A DNA stretch of 54,790 nt from Patescibacteria group bacterium (GCA_028703305.1 JAQVNC010000001.1:1-54790), one strand, 5' to 3'. Shown: positions 17,296 through 28,142, counted from the first letter of the stretch. Made by a program: numbers and translations. Notes: generated from the letters alone by a model not told the origin.

Positions 17296-17793
17296 ATGAT
17301 TAAACATAAGGAACAAAGAGTTGGCGTTCTGGTGGACGTTTCCAATATGTACCATAGCGCCAAAAATCTTTACAAAAGAAGAGTTAATTTTAAAGAAATT
17401 TTAAAAGAAGCGGTTGCCGGAAGAAAATTAATCCGCGCCACGGCTTATTGCATAAAAACCGAGAATGAAGAAGGCAATGCCTTTTTTGAGGCTTTAAGCC
17501 AGCAGGGCTTTGAAGTAAAAATGAAAGACTTGCAGATTTTTGCCGGCGGAGCCAAAAAAGCCGATTGGGACGTTGGCATTTCGGTTGACGCCATTAAATT
17601 GGCGGAAAAACTGGATGTTATAATTTTAGTAACCGGCGATGGCGATTACGTACCGTTGGTAAATTATATGCAAAATACCAAAGGCTGTTTGGTTGAAATC
17701 ATGGCTTTTAGGCAAACCGCTTCAAGCAAACTGATTGAAGAAGCTGATGATTTTACAAATTTAAGCGAAGATAAAAAGTATTTATTAAGATAA
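17296..17793 (+). CDS. NYN (LabA-like) domain protein
   Basis: VGVLVDVSNMYHS and ILVTGDGDYVPLV motifs; start set to ATG 17296 (the track uses TTG 17284). Confidence 0.75.
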   Translation: MIKHKEQRVGVLVDVSNMYHSAKNLYKRRVNFKEILKEAVAGRKLIRATAYCIKTENEEGNAFFEALSQQGFEVKMKDLQIFAGGAKKADWDVGISVDAIKLAEKLDVIILVTGDGDYVPLVNYMQNTKGCLVEIMAFRQTASSKLIEEADDFTNLSEDKKYLLR

Positions 17794-17883
17794 TAATTTA
17801 ATTAAAGCTTGACCGGCGAACAGATAGTACTGTGGCTTAACCATAGTTCTGTAGTTTGTTGGCCAAGCGCAATCAAAAAAAGT

Positions 17884-20157
17884 ATGAACGAACAAGCATT
17901 TACCGCCGAGTGGCTTGGCCGCCCTCTCACTATTAAAACTGGCAAACTGGCCAGACAGGCCGACGCCGCCGTGACCGTGCAATATGGCGATACGTCTGTT
18001 TTAGCGACCGTAGTTCAGTCTAAAGAAGAGCGCGAAGGCATTGATTTCTTCCCTCTGATGGTTGAATTTGAAGAAAAGCTTTATGCCGCCGGCATCATTA
18101 AAGGCTCGCGCTGGATTAAGCGGGAAGGCCGTCCGTCCGAAGAAGCGGTTTTAACCGGCCGCATGATTGACCGCTCCATTAGGCCGCTTTTCGCTTCCGA
18201 TTCAAAAAAAGATATTCAGATTACGATTACGGTGCTTTCGGCTGACGGCAAAAACGACTATGACATTGTTTCTTTAATCGCGGCCTCGGCCGTTTTATCC
18301 ATCGCCGGCTTAAATTGGCGCGGACCGATCGCCGGAGTTAGGGTTGGACGGATTGAAGGCAAATATATTTTTAACCCGACTTACGAGGAAAGAGAAATCA
18401 GCGACCTGGACTTAATCGTTGCCGGCACGGCTAAAAAAGTTATCATGATTGAAGCCGAGGGCAAAGAAATAATAGAAGCCGATATGCTGGACGCGATTGC
18501 TGCCGGACAAAAAAATCTGCAAGACGCGATTGATTTGATTGAAAAAATGCAAAAAAATATTGCGGTAAAAGAAAAGCCGGCTGTTAAAAAATTAGTCAGC
18601 AAAGAAGAAGCCGCGGCGGCCGAAGAAATGGGAAAAACTTTTGGCCTGGCCAAAGCCTGGCTTGATAAAAATATTCCGATAATTTTATTTGATAAGACTC
18701 ATTATACCAAAGGCGAAAGAAAATCAGCCGTGGCCGCCATCAAAGAAGGCTTAGACCAATATTTATTTGACCAAAACATAAGTAAAGACAAGCGCGCGGC
18801 CGCCATTGGCCATTTAGTTGAAGAAATGGTTGAAGCCGAAGTTACTCGCGCCATTTTAAAAGACAAAAAAAGAGTTGACGGCCGAAAGCTTGACGAGATT
18901 AGGCCGCTTTTAGCCGAAGTCAGCATGCTGCCGCGAATTCATGGTTCCGGCTTATTCAACCGCGGCGAAACTCAAGTTCTATCAATTGTTACTTTGGGCG
19001 CGCCCGGCATGGAACAATCCTTGGAAGGCTTGGAAGGCGTTGGCACTAAGCGCTACATGCATCATTATAATTTCGCGCCATTCTCGGTCGGCGAAGCCAG
19101 ACCGGTGCGATCGCTCGGACGAAGAGAAATCGGCCATGGCGCTCTGGCGGAAAAAGCCTTGGTGCCGGTCTTGCCGACTAAAGAAGAATTTCCTTATACC
19201 GTGCGCGTGGTCTCGGAAACTTTAGGCTCAAACGGTTCATCTTCAATGGCCGCGACTTGCGGTTCATCTCTAGCCTTAATGGACGCCGGCGTACCGATTA
19301 AAAAAACCGTAGCCGGCATTGCTATGGGCTTAGCCTCCAATGAAGATATGAGCGAATGGGAAATTTTAACCGATATCCAGGACCTGGAAGACGGCCAAGG
19401 CGGCATGGATTTTAAGATAACCGGTACGGCGGACGGCATAACCGCCATCCAGTTAGACACTAAAACCTACGGTTTGACTGAAGAAATAGTTAAAAAAACC
19501 ATCAACCAATCAAAAAAAGCCAGACTGCAAGTTATTGAAGCCATGAATAAAGCGATAGATAAGCCAAGGGCGGATTTATCGCCTTATGCTCCGCGCATTA
19601 CCAGCTTCCATATTGAACCTGACCGCATCAGGGAAGTTATCGGCACCGGCGGCAAAGTCATTAACGAAATTATCGCCGCTACCGGCGTTTCAATTGATAT
19701 TGATGACGACGGCTTGGTTATGGTCTGCGGCAATGACGCGGCCAAATGCCAGGAAGCCGTGGATTGGATTAAAAATATCATCCGCGACTTTGAACCGGGC
19801 GAAGTTTTTAAAGGCAAAGTTGTGCGGCTAATGGACTTCGGCGCTTTTATCCAATTAACTCCGAATAAAGACGGCATGGCGCATGTCAGCGAGCTGGCGC
19901 CTTACCGCATCGGCAAACCGGCCGACTTTCTTGATATCGGCGATGAAGTTACGGTTCAAATTATTGAAATAGACGATATGGGCAGAATTAATTTAACCTT
20001 AAAGGGCCTAAAGGAAAACGAAGATTTGTGGAAAGATGAAAAAGGCAAACAGGATATGAACGGCGGCTTTGGCAACGGACGGCCGTCATTCGGTGTCGGA
20101 CGCGGCAATGACCGTGGCGGCCGCAACGGCAACGGGCGCGGTGGCTTTAGGCGCTAA
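17884..20157 (+). CDS. pnp: polyribonucleotide nucleotidyltransferase (PNPase) with RGG-rich tail
   Basis: Two RNase PH domains, KH and S1 regions; start moved to ATG 17884 (MNEQAFTAEW...); C-terminal GRGNDRGGRNGNGRGGFRR. Confidence 0.9.
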   Translation: MNEQAFTAEWLGRPLTIKTGKLARQADAAVTVQYGDTSVLATVVQSKEEREGIDFFPLMVEFEEKLYAAGIIKGSRWIKREGRPSEEAVLTGRMIDRSIRPLFASDSKKDIQITITVLSADGKNDYDIVSLIAASAVLSIAGLNWRGPIAGVRVGRIEGKYIFNPTYEEREISDLDLIVAGTAKKVIMIEAEGKEIIEADMLDAIAAGQKNLQDAIDLIEKMQKNIAVKEKPAVKKLVSKEEAAAAEEMGKTFGLAKAWLDKNIPIILFDKTHYTKGERKSAVAAIKEGLDQYLFDQNISKDKRAAAIGHLVEEMVEAEVTRAILKDKKRVDGRKLDEIRPLLAEVSMLPRIHGSGLFNRGETQVLSIVTLGAPGMEQSLEGLEGVGTKRYMHHYNFAPFSVGEARPVRSLGRREIGHGALAEKALVPVLPTKEEFPYTVRVVSETLGSNGSSSMAATCGSSLALMDAGVPIKKTVAGIAMGLASNEDMSEWEILTDIQDLEDGQGGMDFKITGTADGITAIQLDTKTYGLTEEIVKKTINQSKKARLQVIEAMNKAIDKPRADLSPYAPRITSFHIEPDRIREVIGTGGKVINEIIAATGVSIDIDDDGLVMVCGNDAAKCQEAVDWIKNIIRDFEPGEVFKGKVVRLMDFGAFIQLTPNKDGMAHVSELAPYRIGKPADFLDIGDEVTVQIIEIDDMGRINLTLKGLKENEDLWKDEKGKQDMNGGFGNGRPSFGVGRGNDRGGRNGNGRGGFRR

Positions 20158-20170
20158 ATTACTTCACATA

Positions 20171-20201
20171 AAAACGCTCCTCCTTAGAGGGGCGTTTTTT
20201 T
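20171..20201 (+). terminator. intrinsic terminator after pnp
   Basis: ACGCTCCTC / GAGGGGCGT stem followed by T7. Confidence 0.7.
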
Positions 20202-20245
20202 ATTATTGCTATATTATGATATAATTCCATTAACCTTAATCATCT

Positions 20246-20800
20246 ATGGAAAAATACTACTTCATCAATCATATCGCTTTCGGAAAATTATATTTTTATA
20301 TTATTTTCGCGGTTTTTGTTATTGCGCTATTAACCTTTATTATCTTACTTTTGCGCCATAAAAATAATTTTCATACTGTAAAAGAAAGTTTCTTGAACTC
20401 GGTTTTAACTATCTGGCTGCTGCTTGCCTTAGTCCTTGTATCCCAAGAAATTAAATGGTTAATAACCGACTATCCGGACCTTGTTAATAAAAGCCAAATT
20501 GATAAAGCCGGATTTTTTTATAAAAAATTCGCCGATGACGATAAGCTGATTCCTTTTTTAAAATTTATAAAAGAAAACGTCAATGAAGGCAATACGGCAT
20601 TATTCATCTCGCCGTCAGGCTTTAACTATACCTTTGCCAGATATTACCTATATCCGGAAATAAAAATAATTAAAGACCGAGGCGCACCTGATTATATTTT
20701 TCTCTATAACCTGGATCCGGCTCGCCTTAATGCTAGCCGGCCTTTGGAAATTTATAAAAGCTTTGCTCCTGATAAAAATATCTTAAGGGTAAAAATATGA
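20246..20800 (+). CDS. hypothetical membrane protein
   Basis: 184 aa with 2 N-terminal TM helices; 4-nt overlap with the next gene. Confidence 0.5.
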   Translation: MEKYYFINHIAFGKLYFYIIFAVFVIALLTFIILLLRHKNNFHTVKESFLNSVLTIWLLLALVLVSQEIKWLITDYPDLVNKSQIDKAGFFYKKFADDDKLIPFLKFIKENVNEGNTALFISPSGFNYTFARYYLYPEIKIIKDRGAPDYIFLYNLDPARLNASRPLEIYKSFAPDKNILRVKI

Positions 20801-22176
20801 TTTTTATTATAAGCGTATTATTTCTTTGCCTGTTTGGCTTTGTCTCGGTGTTGGCGATTGATAGCCAAAATAAATATTCTTTTTTTGAAAAAACTATTTT
20901 GAGTTTCTCCTTGGGCGCGGCCGTTATCACCCAAATCATGCTCTTAGGCGCGTTATTACGGGTTGATTTTAATATTTTAGTTATCAATTCTATTTTTGGG
21001 ATATTACTTTTCTCAATGCTGGCTTATTCTCGCGTAAAAAAGAGGAAGTTAAATATTAAAGAGTTAAAGCACGGCCGCAAAAGCCTTGTTTCTCGGCTAA
21101 TATTTTTAATAATAATTTTTCAAATATTTTTTGTAACGAGCGAGGCGATTCTTCGGCCGGTATACGGGTTCGACGCTCTGGATAATTGGGCGATAAAAGC
21201 CAAAAGCTTTTTTTATGAAAAAAGCGTAAATCTTGATAAAACGGACCAATATTTTATGGGCGGACCCGCATCCAAAGCCAATTATCCCTTGCATATTTCC
21301 TTCCTGGCCGCCTGGTTCTATTTCAATCAGGGCGAAATTAAAGAAAATCTAATTAATTTGATTCCGGCAATTTATTATATTTCCCTCTTGGGTTTGATTT
21401 ATATTAATCTAAAAAAATATATCAGCCGGCGGAAAGCTTTAATATTTACGCTTTTTTTATCAACCGCCCCGCTGCTTATATATCATGGTTTTAATTATTA
21501 CGCCGATTTGCCGATAGCTTTTTGCTTAACCGCGGCCATAATTTATTTATATAATTATTTAAGGCGCGAGCACCCGGGCGATCTTTTGCTGGGAGCGATG
21601 ATGTGCGGGGCAATGGTGTTTATAAAAAATAACGGCCTGTTTTACGCCTTTATAATTTTAGCCATCTTTTTGTTTGAATTATGGCGATTAAAAAAAATTA
21701 AAAGCTTGCATAAAAAAAATTTAGCGATATCAATCGCCGGCTTTCTTGTTTTTTCTCTGCCTTGGATAATATATGTTTATATTAATAAGCTTGGCTATAC
21801 AACCATAAGCGAAAACCGGCTTACACCCGGCAATTTTCACCCGGAAATAATAAAATTATTTTTTATGAATTTATGGTTCACTTATGATTTTTTTATTTGG
21901 TTTGCCGTTTTACTGATTTTTATTTTTATTTTCATAAAAACCACGCCCAAAATATTAAAATCAAAAAAATTATTTATAATAATTACTTTTTTCGCCTTAT
22001 TGGCTTTTCATTTTAGCTTTCTGCTGTTTACCGATTTATATGTTTATCTTCTTGACGGAACGCTGGACGGGAGATTGTCATTAATAATTTTTCCGTTAAG
22101 CGTTTTTATGGCGGGAATATTTTACGAAAAACCGTCTTTACCGCAACAAACCAGACATACTATAATAAAGTTATAA
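20797..22176 (+). CDS. ArnT/PMT-like (GT-C fold) membrane glycosyltransferase
   Basis: 459 aa with more than 10 TM helices; family assignment by architecture only. Confidence 0.45.
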   Translation: MIFIISVLFLCLFGFVSVLAIDSQNKYSFFEKTILSFSLGAAVITQIMLLGALLRVDFNILVINSIFGILLFSMLAYSRVKKRKLNIKELKHGRKSLVSRLIFLIIIFQIFFVTSEAILRPVYGFDALDNWAIKAKSFFYEKSVNLDKTDQYFMGGPASKANYPLHISFLAAWFYFNQGEIKENLINLIPAIYYISLLGLIYINLKKYISRRKALIFTLFLSTAPLLIYHGFNYYADLPIAFCLTAAIIYLYNYLRREHPGDLLLGAMMCGAMVFIKNNGLFYAFIILAIFLFELWRLKKIKSLHKKNLAISIAGFLVFSLPWIIYVYINKLGYTTISENRLTPGNFHPEIIKLFFMNLWFTYDFFIWFAVLLIFIFIFIKTTPKILKSKKLFIIITFFALLAFHFSFLLFTDLYVYLLDGTLDGRLSLIIFPLSVFMAGIFYEKPSLPQQTRHTIIKL

Positions 22177-22192
22177 TTATAAATAAATTCAT

Positions 22193-23107
22193 ATGTTAAA
22201 ATCAGAAATTCGCAAAGATTATTTGCTTAATAAATACGTTATCATCACGCCCGGCCGGGCCAAACGTCCGCGCGATATTAAAGAGCAGACGATTATTTCC
22301 CGCCTGGCCGATTGCCCGTTTTGCCCCGAGAAAATTAATCCTAAAAATATTTTGGACCAGATTGACGCGCCCGAAGGCAAAATTTTAAGCGTAAAAAATA
22401 TTTTTCCGGCCGTAGCCTTGGACAATAAAAAAGCTTACGGCGCCCAGGAAGTAATTATTGAAACCCCGGATCACAAAAAAGAACTGCATGATTTAAGCGA
22501 AGCGCAAATTGAGCGGCTTTTAAGGATGTACGCCGGGCGCACCGAAGCATTAAGTAAAATAAAAAATATTGAATATATTTTATGCTTTAAAAATCAAGGC
22601 TCAAAAGCCGGCGCTTCCATCATCCACGCCCATTCGCAAATTTTCGCCACCGATATTACGCCGCCGGAAATTAGGGAGGAATTAAAATCATCCCGTGAAT
22701 ACCAGCTTGACCATAAAACCTGCGCCTACTGCGATATTATTAGAAAAGAAATGAAATCGCCAAGGAAAATTTTTGAAGACAAAGCCGTGGCCGCTTTCAC
22801 GCCCTACGCCAGCCGCTACCATTATGAAGCCTGGATTTTTACCAAACGGCATTTGGATAATATAACCAAATTAAACGACAGCGAGTTTAAATCATTCGCC
22901 AAGGCTCTGAAAAAAATCTTAACCAAGCTAAGCCGGCTGAACTTATCTTTTAATTATTTCTTGCACCAGTCAATTTCCGACCATGACCAACATTTTTATT
23001 TGAAAATCCAGCCGCGCGACAGCGTCTGGGCCGGCGTTGAGCTTGGCTCCGGATTGATAATAAATTCCGTATCGCCTGAAGAAGCGGCTAAATTTTTCAG
23101 AAAATAG
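22193..23107 (+). CDS. galactose-1-phosphate uridylyltransferase-like (GalT/HIT superfamily) nucleotidyltransferase
   Basis: CPFCP zinc motif and HAHSQIF (HxHxQ) active-site motif. Confidence 0.7.
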   Translation: MLKSEIRKDYLLNKYVIITPGRAKRPRDIKEQTIISRLADCPFCPEKINPKNILDQIDAPEGKILSVKNIFPAVALDNKKAYGAQEVIIETPDHKKELHDLSEAQIERLLRMYAGRTEALSKIKNIEYILCFKNQGSKAGASIIHAHSQIFATDITPPEIREELKSSREYQLDHKTCAYCDIIRKEMKSPRKIFEDKAVAAFTPYASRYHYEAWIFTKRHLDNITKLNDSEFKSFAKALKKILTKLSRLNLSFNYFLHQSISDHDQHFYLKIQPRDSVWAGVELGSGLIINSVSPEEAAKFFRK

Positions 23108-23233
23108 GCGCAAAGCTTGTTAAAAAACTGTGTATTTATCAAGCCGGCCTTTTGATTCAAATTAATTTATTCGGCTAAAATTAGCTAATAATATTTTAAA
23201 AAATAATAATATTAAACGAAAACCGAAAAACCC

Positions 23234-23262
23234 TTGACATTTATTAAATTTTTCTTTAATAT
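23234..23262 (+). promoter_or_regulatory. rRNA promoter candidate
   Basis: TTGACA (23234-23239), 17-nt spacer, TAATAT (23257-23262), about 0.4 kb upstream of the 16S. Confidence 0.5.
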
Positions 23263-23540
23263 TACTTATACAATACAATTTATTCATAAATGAAAATTAA
23301 CTGAATAAATAACAAGCACAATTTGAAAACACATGAAGAAAGAAACAGTGATAGTTGCTTGGGCAAATATCCCTGTTTTTTTCTTTCTCAAAGATTGAAA
23401 ATGCAACTTAACAACTGAATCTACTCTGTGAAACAATTCCGATAATTTAAGAGGTTCCGGAATTGCGATAAGCAGCATTAATTTTTCACAAGAGTAAGGC
23501 TCTTACGGATTCGCCTCCCCGGCGAATTTAATAGAGCAAA

Positions 23541-23562
23541 TTTCAATACTAACAGGCGCTAA
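23541..23562 (+). other. 16S processing-stem 5' arm
   Basis: TTTCAATACTAACAGGCGCTAA pairs with 25233-25254 (22 positions, one G-U). Confidence 0.75.
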
Positions 23563-23677
23563 TTCTAAATGAAGAATTAGTTTCTTCAAATATTTCAATA
23601 TCTATCTTCGCAAGAAATATATATTGAACATGGCCAAATCCATGTAAAAAACGTTATCAGGGAAGCCTGATCAAATA

Positions 23678-25166
<1,489 letters not shown>

Positions 25167-25232
25167 CTAGGGAGATTTTTCGGTGAATAATCGAAAGAGT
25201 CGACCTTTATTCGCAAGAATAAGGGAAAAGAG

Positions 25233-25254
25233 TTAGCGCCTGTTAGTACTGAAA
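25233..25254 (+). other. 16S processing-stem 3' arm
   Basis: TTAGCGCCTGTTAGTACTGAAA, complementary to 23541-23562. Confidence 0.75.
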
Positions 25255-25371
25255 TATAAAGAAAATAAACAAATAGTTTTATGGGTCTATTTGTCCCCCT
25301 CCGCTAAAGCTATGGAGGATAAATCATAAAAAGACTGGTCCTAAACTATTTGGTATCAGTCTTTTTATTTA

Positions 25372-25445
25372 GGGCATGTAGCTCAGCTGGTTAGAGCGCC
25401 ACACTGATAATGTGGAGGTCCCAGGTTCGATTCCCGGCATGCCCA
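25372..25445 (+). tRNA. tRNA-Ile (GAT)
   Basis: Acceptor GGGCATG/CATGCCC; anticodon loop CTGATAA. Confidence 0.9.
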
Positions 25446-25507
25446 CCCTCCTATGCTCTTCCACTTCGTTTCAGAGCTTCGGAGGACAAGCCATTATAGG
25501 ATTGTCT

Positions 25508-25744
25508 ATGTATTATGTTTATATTTTATTTTGCTCGGACAGAACTTATTATATAGGGTTAACTGAGAATATTAAAAAAAGAATAGTACAACATAAAAAC
25601 AGTTTAGTTGGTTATACAAAATACAGATTGCCAGTTAAGGTTGTTTGGATAGGAATATTCAAAAATAAAAAAATTGCGGCTAGTTTTGAACAATACTTAA
25701 AAACCGGATCTGGCAATGCATTCTTTAAAAAAAGATTAGTTTAA
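25508..25744 (+). CDS. small GIY-YIG nuclease-family protein
   Basis: 78 aa from ATG 25508: MYYVYILFCSDRTYYIGLTENIKKRIVQH; the track ORF start at 25412 runs through tRNA-Ile. Confidence 0.8.
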   Translation: MYYVYILFCSDRTYYIGLTENIKKRIVQHKNSLVGYTKYRLPVKVVWIGIFKNKKIAASFEQYLKTGSGNAFFKKRLV

Positions 25745-25781
25745 TTCGCTAAGCTTGCGATACGAAGCTTTAGCGTAGTAT

Positions 25782-25857
25782 CGCGGGGTAGAGCAGTTGG
25801 CAGCTCGCCAGGCCCATAACCTGGAGGTCGCCGGTTCAAATCCGGCCCCCGCAACCA
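25782..25857 (+). tRNA. tRNA-Met (CAT), initiator type
   Basis: 5' CGCGGGG with C1xA72 mismatch; anticodon loop CCCATAA; CCA encoded. Confidence 0.85.
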
Positions 25858-25950
25858 TCCTTCACTCCTCCGTTTCACTTCGGAGTTACGGATGGCAAGC
25901 CGTTATATTTTAGGGCTTGCCCTCCATAGCTCCGCAAGGAGCGACGGAGA

Positions 25951-26025
25951 GCCGGGGTAGCTCAGTGGTAGAGCAAATGACTGAAAATCATTGTGTCGTG
26001 AGTCCGATTCTCACCCCCGGCACCA
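25951..26025 (+). tRNA. tRNA-Phe (GAA)
   Basis: Acceptor GCCGGGG/CCCCGGC; anticodon loop CTGAAAA; CCA encoded; unusual T-loop TCCGATT. Confidence 0.8.
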
Positions 26026-26039
26026 TTATCAATTGAACT

Positions 26040-26110
26040 CGGGCTGTCGTATACCGGTAGTACGCATGCTTTGGGAGCATGTTGACTGGGTTCAATTCCC
26101 AGCAGCCCGA
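26040..26110 (+). tRNA. tRNA-Pro (TGG)
   Basis: Acceptor CGGGCTG/CAGCCCG; anticodon loop TTTGGGA; T-arm CTGGGTTCAATTCCCAG. Confidence 0.85.
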
Positions 26111-26202
26111 CAAAATTTCGTGAGGCCTTTATGGCCTTAGAAATTTTTGTTTGGTTGATGGGCGGCAGCGAATCCAGCGTGTCGGAGTGGGGCTTCCGCC
26201 CC

Positions 26203-26222
26203 TTCAATTCCCAGCAGCCCGA
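26203..26222 (+). repeat. exact 20-nt copy of the tRNA-Pro 3' end
   Basis: TTCAATTCCCAGCAGCCCGA is identical to 26091-26110; no matching 5' acceptor strand upstream. Confidence 0.9.
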
Positions 26223-26363
26223 CCCTACTTCGCCAAGGCTTCGTAGGACAAGCCGCCATAATTAGCGGGCTTGCCCGCCGTAGCTTTTGCGACAGCAAAA
26301 GCGTATTTCTAATTTGCGACATTTAGCGGGCTTGCCCGCCGAAGCTCGCAAAAGCGAGCGTAG

Positions 26364-26435
26364 GCGGGTATCGTATAGTGGCTTTTATGCTAGCCTTCCA
26401 AGCTGGAGAGAGGGGTTCGATTCCCCTTACCCGCT
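26364..26435 (+). tRNA. tRNA-Gly (TCC)
   Basis: Acceptor GCGGGTA/TACCCGC; anticodon loop CTTCCAA; T-arm AGGGGTTCGATTCCCCT. Confidence 0.9.
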
Positions 26436-26439
26436 CATA

Positions 26440-26468
26440 TTGACTATTTAATTAAATTAAGCTAAAAT
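26440..26468 (+). promoter_or_regulatory. promoter candidate for rpsP
   Basis: TTGACT (26440-26445), 17-nt spacer, TAAAAT (26463-26468). Confidence 0.5.
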
Positions 26469-26499
26469 AAAGCGAGTTTAAAAATTAAAAATTCTTATT

Positions 26500-26856
26500 A
26501 TGTTAACTATCAGATTATCAAGAGTGGGAAAAAAGAATAAGCCGATGTATCGCGTCATCATATCGGAAAAGCATAAAGACCCTTATGGAGACTCTTTGGA
26601 AATTTTAGGTTCCTATAACCCGCACACCAAAGATTTAAAGGTCAACGCCGAAAAAATCAATTATTGGATTTCCAAGGGCGCCGGCATGTCGGAAACGGTC
26701 AATAACTTACTGATTGAGAAAAAAATTATTCAAGGCAAAAAGGTAAAAGCTTCAAAAGCCAGGAAGCCTAAAAAGGCTCCGGCTCCGGTAAAAGCCGCGG
26801 CCGAACCGACCCCAGCTCCAATCGAAGAGATAAAAACCGAACAACCGGCCGCCTAA
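26500..26856 (+). CDS. rpsP: 30S ribosomal protein S16 with A/P/K-rich tail
   Basis: MLTIRLSRVGKKNKPMYRVI S16 N-terminus; C-terminal low-complexity extension. Confidence 0.9.
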   Translation: MLTIRLSRVGKKNKPMYRVIISEKHKDPYGDSLEILGSYNPHTKDLKVNAEKINYWISKGAGMSETVNNLLIEKKIIQGKKVKASKARKPKKAPAPVKAAAEPTPAPIEEIKTEQPAA

Positions 26857-26980
26857 ATTGACAAATGTATAAATTATGTTATAATAACATAATCCCAATA
26901 TTTTCATATAATGGGTCTAATTATTAAGAGATCTTTCAATTCTGACTGCTTAAAGTCAGCTTTGCGAGAAAAAGAAAACT

Positions 26981-27310
26981 ATGGCAGCTCAACCATCCGA
27001 TCAAGCATTCTTGGAGTTCGTCGCCAAGTCAGTTGTTTCCAACCCTGATGGAATATCAGTGGAAAGAACAGTAGACGAAATGGGAGTTTTGTTAACGCTT
27101 AAAACCGACCCGGCCGACATGGGATACATCATTGGCCGAAAAGGTCAGACAGCTCAAGCCATCCGAACTTTATTAAAGATCGTTGGCGCTAAAAACAATG
27201 CTCGCGTCAATTTAAAAATCTATGAACCTGAAGGTTCAAGACGACCGGCCAGAATGGAAAATGAAAGCGCTGGCATTGACACTTCATCTGTTGATGATTT
27301 AAAAATCTAA
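26981..27310 (+). CDS. KH-domain RNA-binding protein (UPF0109/YlqC-like)
   Basis: IGRKGQTAQAIRTLL GxxG KH motif; canonical position after rpsP. Confidence 0.8.
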   Translation: MAAQPSDQAFLEFVAKSVVSNPDGISVERTVDEMGVLLTLKTDPADMGYIIGRKGQTAQAIRTLLKIVGAKNNARVNLKIYEPEGSRRPARMENESAGIDTSSVDDLKI

Positions 27311-27331
27311 CATCAAAACAATTAGATATTC

Positions 27332-27359
27332 AAAAAACCACACACTATTGTGGTTTTTT
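27332..27359 (+). terminator. intrinsic terminator
   Basis: AAAAAACCACA-CACTAT-TGTGGTTTTTT. Confidence 0.75.
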
Positions 27360-27373
27360 GTTATAATAGTATT

Positions 27374-27408
27374 GTCATTGCGAGGAGCGCCAGCGACGAA
27401 GCAATCTC
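27374..27408. repeat. REP-like element, GTCATTGCGAGGAGC...GCAATCTC type
   Basis: GTCATTGCGAGGAGCGCCAGCGACGAAGCAATCTC; a related copy lies in reverse orientation at 48926-48968. Confidence 0.75.
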
Positions 27409-27446
27409 ACGCGTGCTTATTATAATTTAAAGATAGCCACACATAT

Positions 27447-28142
27447 ATGACTTTCCATATCATCACCATCTTCCCTAAAATTTTTGACTCTTATTTTAAC
27501 GAGAGCATTCTTAAGCGCGCGCGAACCAATAAATTAATAGACATAAAAATCCATAACCTGCGCGACTGGACAACCGATAGGCATAAAACCGTGGACGATA
27601 CCCCGTTCGGCGGCGGCGCCGGCATGGTCATGAAAATTGAGCCGCTTTATAAAGCCCTTCAAAGTATACCCCTCTTTAACAAGGGGGGTAAGGGGAATTT
27701 AAAAACAAAAACCATTCTACTTTCCGCCAAAGGCAAAACCTGGAATCAGAAATTAGCCAAATCACATTCTAAATTAAACGACATCATTTTAATCTGCGGC
27801 CGCTACGAAGGCGTGGATGAAAGAATTACAAAATTTATTGATGAAGAAATTTCCATCGGCGATTATGTTTTAACCGGCGGAGAAATCGGCGCTATGGCGA
27901 TTATTGATTCCATCACTCGCCTACTGCCAGGCGCTTTGGGCAACGCGGACAGCGCCAAAAACGAGTCTCATTCTGTCCCCGGGGTTTTGGAACACCCTCA
28001 ATATACGAGGCCAGAAATATTTACAGCTTCCGGCAAATCATATCGCGTACCCAAAGTATTAATATCCGGTAATCATAAAAAAATCGCCGATTGGCGCGCC
28101 AAAAAATCTAAACATATCCGCCCGTCGTCATCCCGGGCTTGA
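27447..28142 (+). CDS. trmD: tRNA (guanine37-N1)-methyltransferase TrmD
   Basis: 231 aa; TrmD motifs ([34 protein letters not shown]); the last codons lie inside a REP-like hairpin. Confidence 0.9.
   Translation: MTFHIITIFPKIFDSYFNESILKRARTNKLIDIKIHNLRDWTTDRHKTVDDTPFGGGAGMVMKIEPLYKALQSIPLFNKGGKGNLKTKTILLSAKGKTWNQKLAKSHSKLNDIILICGRYEGVDERITKFIDEEISIGDYVLTGGEIGAMAIIDSITRLLPGALGNADSAKNESHSVPGVLEHPQYTRPEIFTASGKSYRVPKVLISGNHKKIADWRAKKSKHIRPSSSRA

Noticed and set aside
17809-17883. Upstream extensions of pnp (17809), PBP1A (TTG 49692), ABC-F (7249) and the glycosyltransferase (36466)
   Set aside because: These extensions add non-conserved residues or overlap repeats and upstream genes. The internal ATGs restore canonical N-termini.
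25412-25507. N-terminal 32 codons of the track ORF 25412-25744
   Set aside because: This stretch overlaps tRNA-Ile and its 3' flank. The GIY-YIG motif begins right at the internal ATG at 25508.
25962-26322. Minus-strand ORFs 25962-26207 and 26137-26322
   Set aside because: They span tRNA-Phe, tRNA-Pro and the repeat-rich spacers, with no coding signal.
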